Shown here piece by piece: positions 61,101-64,000 of a stretch of 64,000 nt of DNA. The notes under the pieces are model-generated. The model worked only from the letters and a program-made list of their open reading frames with translations, ran no database searches and was not told the DNA's origin. Positions within the stretch are counted from its first letter, which is position 1. Each line of letters begins with the position of its first letter. Source of the DNA: Yuukianura sp. NJ FZ-2021 (Eukaryota); assembly GCA_046563655.1 (NCBI GenBank), contig CM102287.1:4340001-4404000 (forward strand), in the 5' to 3' direction. The position numbers and the translations under genes were made by a program.

Positions 61101-63412
61101 ATTTGGAACGACTTCGACATCAGCATCAGTTTCTGCTACTTCGGGACTTGCTGCCTCAACATCAACGCCAACTTTTGGAATTGCAGCGACTGCACCAGCA
61201 GTTGCTCCTCCCACTGTTGGATTCAACTTTGGAACTCCCACTCCAAGTTCAGGCTCCTCAACATCTTCTGCAGCCTCGACCTCGTTCAGTTTTGGAGGAT
61301 CATCGTCCGATACAGCATCGCCTGTTGTGAAAGAAAATACTCCCAGTATCTTCCCAGCACAACAATCAACATCTTCAACTGCAATTGGGCCAGCACCCTC
61401 GAGTACTGCTGCAAGTCAGCCTCAACCATCGCTGCCGGCTCTGACGCCGTTGACCACTCCTGCTGCAATTACCTTTGGCACGATTTCGACTCCAACGACG
61501 TCGAAGTCTGATACGACTGTGGCATTACCACAACCTAAGACTGCTTCTACTGGTCAGTTTGGATTTCCAGCTCCATCAACAACAAATCAACAGTCGACTC
61601 CAAGTTTAAGTTTTCCTGCTGCGTCAAAACCAGCACTTCCACCAACGCAGACGCAGTCATTGGCTACTCCAGCTCCTGTACCGGCGTTTGGATTTAATTC
61701 ACCGTCTACAGTGACTGGAGGAGCGTCTACGAACAATTCTGGAGCTGGAACGACTGCTTTTCCATCGCTGCAGAGCCAACCAACCAGCACAACTCCTCAG
61801 GTACCAGCGGTGTTCCAGTTTGGTTCACCAGTATCTTCGACTTCAGGTAAGAATTAAGCTGATTTTGATTTTTGAAAATTTGTTTCACTGAAATTCTGTC
61901 TTTTTTCAGTGTCAACGAATAGTTCAGCGTTTGGTACTGGAACAACTCCGTCATTTGGAGGAAATTCAACAGCACCCGCTCCAAGTTTCAGTTTTGGAAG
62001 TAATACATCGGCTACCACGGCTCCTCAGCCGTTTGGATCCACCACGACTCCAGCATTTGGATCCACAGTGCCAGCTTTTGGTTCCAGTGGAACTGCACCG
62101 GCGTTTGGTACTCCAAATACTGGATTTAACTTTGGAGCTCAATCTCAAACAACGTCCAGTGCTGCCGCTGCCGGATCTACGACTGCAGGTTGGTTAATGT
62201 TCTCAATTCAATTACCAGTTGATCCTCGCATCGTCGCATCTAAGTGAGAACTATTTTTATTTATCTATTTTTTTACTTTTTACAGTAACAAACAATACTT
62301 CAGGATTTGGCGGGGGTATGCAACAATCGCAGTCAAATTTCGGCGGAGTAATGCAACAAACCCAGTCTCAGTCATCCCCGTTTGGAACTAATGTCAATAC
62401 CACCACAACAACACCAGCAGGATTTAATTTTACTTCTACACAACCGACTACTGTTTCTACTGCGTCAGGATTTGGAACTTCAGTTCCAGCATTTGGTTCA
62501 ACTACTCCAGCACCTGCGTTTGGTTCAACTACAACACCAGCACCAGCGTTTGGTTCAACTACAACACCAGCATTTGGTTCAACTACAGCACCAGCATTTG
62601 GTTCAACTACAGCACCAACATTTGGAGGTGCAACAACGGCGCCTACGTTTGGGGCTCAAAACACCGGAGGATTTAACTTTGGAGCTCAGGCTTCGACAAC
62701 CACTGGCCAAACAGCAGCCACGTCCTTGACGTCAGGTACTGAGCGAAATCTTGAATCCATTTGCTTCGTAATTTTGCTCTGATTAAGTTCATAATTGTAT
62801 ATTATGTTTGTCTTTTCAGCATCAACCTTCGGAACTGGAACGAGTTCACCAGCACCAGCGTTTGGAAGTAATTCTACAACGGCTGGAACTGGGTCAACTT
62901 TTGGTTTCACATCTACACCAACTACTTTCGCTTCTACAACTTCCCAGCCGTTTGGTTCTTCAACTCCAGCCTTTGGATCCACGGTGCCAGCGTTTGGTAC
63001 CACTTCACCGACACCGGCTTTTGGAGCTCCAAGTCCGAGCACAGGATTTAACTTTGGATCTCCAGCTCCAGTAACTTCTGCCACCACGGGTCCTACTTTT
63101 GGTGGATCATTTGGAGCACCACAACCACAAGCTACTACTGGATTCAATTTTGGTAGCCAAGCCACCTCCACGCCGCCAGCATTTGGTGCATCAAATCAAC
63201 AAGCTCCTTCAGCACCCTTTCAATTTGGAGCAACGGCAAACGTACCACAAGGGAGCCCAGGTTTGTAACTTTTTTTGTTGAAATTTTTTCATTAATTTAA
63301 TTATTTGTCTTTTCAAGCAGGATTTGCAGCGCAACAGCCGCAAATGTTTACGGTTGGCGGATCTTCTCCGTCAACTCGGCGTCCAATGGGTCGTGGACGA
63401 AGGTATCGCTAG
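58111..63412 (+). CDS. Transmembrane FG-repeat nucleoporin, POM121-like architecture
   Basis: Exons 58111-58724, 58805-59356, 59796-61846, 61910-62188, 62286-62735, 62820-63260, 63321-63412 join in frame. N-terminal hydrophobic segment IVGLCVVLGLCGAVLLLISNLYVIIWWLACVATIMWLF; basic clusters (NRKRMR, KRLK, KRQK, RKRK); long S/T/P-rich region; many PAFG/FNFG/FQFG repeats; basic tail MFTVGGSSPSTRRPMGRGRRYR*. Confidence 0.85.
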
Positions 63413-64000
63413 ACGAACCTAAAATCGTAAACTGCAATGACAGACAGAAGACAAAAAATTGAATGAATTAAAAATTGAAGACTGTAAGCTCACAAGTTGA
63501 AACGCTGTCGTCATCAGTTAAGTAATTAACTTAAATACCTGAGAATATTGCTTTCTCTTGTTCATAGGATTTCATTTTATGAATTGATTTCCTCAAAAAC
63601 TACTGCTGTGCTGTAGCAAGCAGAGAAGAAATGGTGAATTAATTTACAAATCCATTTATTAACGTCTTTGTTTTTTAAGATTTATTCTAAAAAGGAAAAA
63701 AATGTTCTAAATTTGAAGTAATAAACTTTATGTCCATTACTTCTCATTTCGATTTTCTCATGAAAAGAGTTTATTAATAAGCAAAAAATTCCAATTTTCT
63801 CCTTCGATGACTCAAAGGAGAAAGGGACAAGTAAAGTTCACATTTACTTTTCTTGGAGAGTGAACGAAGGAGAAATGAGGGTTGTTCGCTTGTAAATATT
63901 TTACCCGGGTTTCAGTTGATTAGGATTTGGCGAGTGGAAATTCGAAATAGTTTTTTTTTGTCTAGAAGACACAAATTAATGGTTCAAGTGAAGTGGGAGA

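Noticed and set aside
62382..63171. Q/H/L-rich and V/G/A-rich alternative-frame ORFs
   Set aside because: Off-frame and antisense shadows of the nucleoporin FG-repeat exons.
1..64000. tRNA, rRNA or other structured RNA genes
   Set aside because: None recognised by eye; tRNAscan-SE and Infernal/Rfam would be needed to exclude them.

Overview
This is eukaryotic, AT-rich animal genomic DNA with short GT-AG introns. An arthropod host is likely (inference from the polyhomeotic gene, the NKL homeobox and scattered TTAGG-like repeats). Layout: about 21 kb with no supportable protein-coding exon; a 3-exon NKL homeobox gene (21010-22549 +); a divergent acyl-CoA-binding-protein-like gene (23124-23977 +); a large spliced gene (27284-38686 +, about 3180 aa); CFAP251/WDR66 (-); an uncharacterised C2H2/AT-hook gene (-); polyhomeotic (-); and a transmembrane FG-nucleoporin resembling POM121 (+). 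The main finding is the large gene. Five short exons, largely invisible in the ORF track, encode a degenerate glycogenin (GT8) domain with no stop codon. They splice in frame into a bacterial-style type I PKS (KS-AT-DH-cMT-ER-KR-ACP) ending in a thioester-reductase domain. The glycogenin part keeps what I recall as animal glycogenin intron positions but has lost its catalytic motifs, which suggests a chimera of a host gene and a horizontally acquired PKS. AGGTCA-based repeats are enriched in short introns and form perfect hairpins and IR1 (EcRE-type) palindromes. All gene models were built by hand; no homology searches were run, so novelty is unverified.
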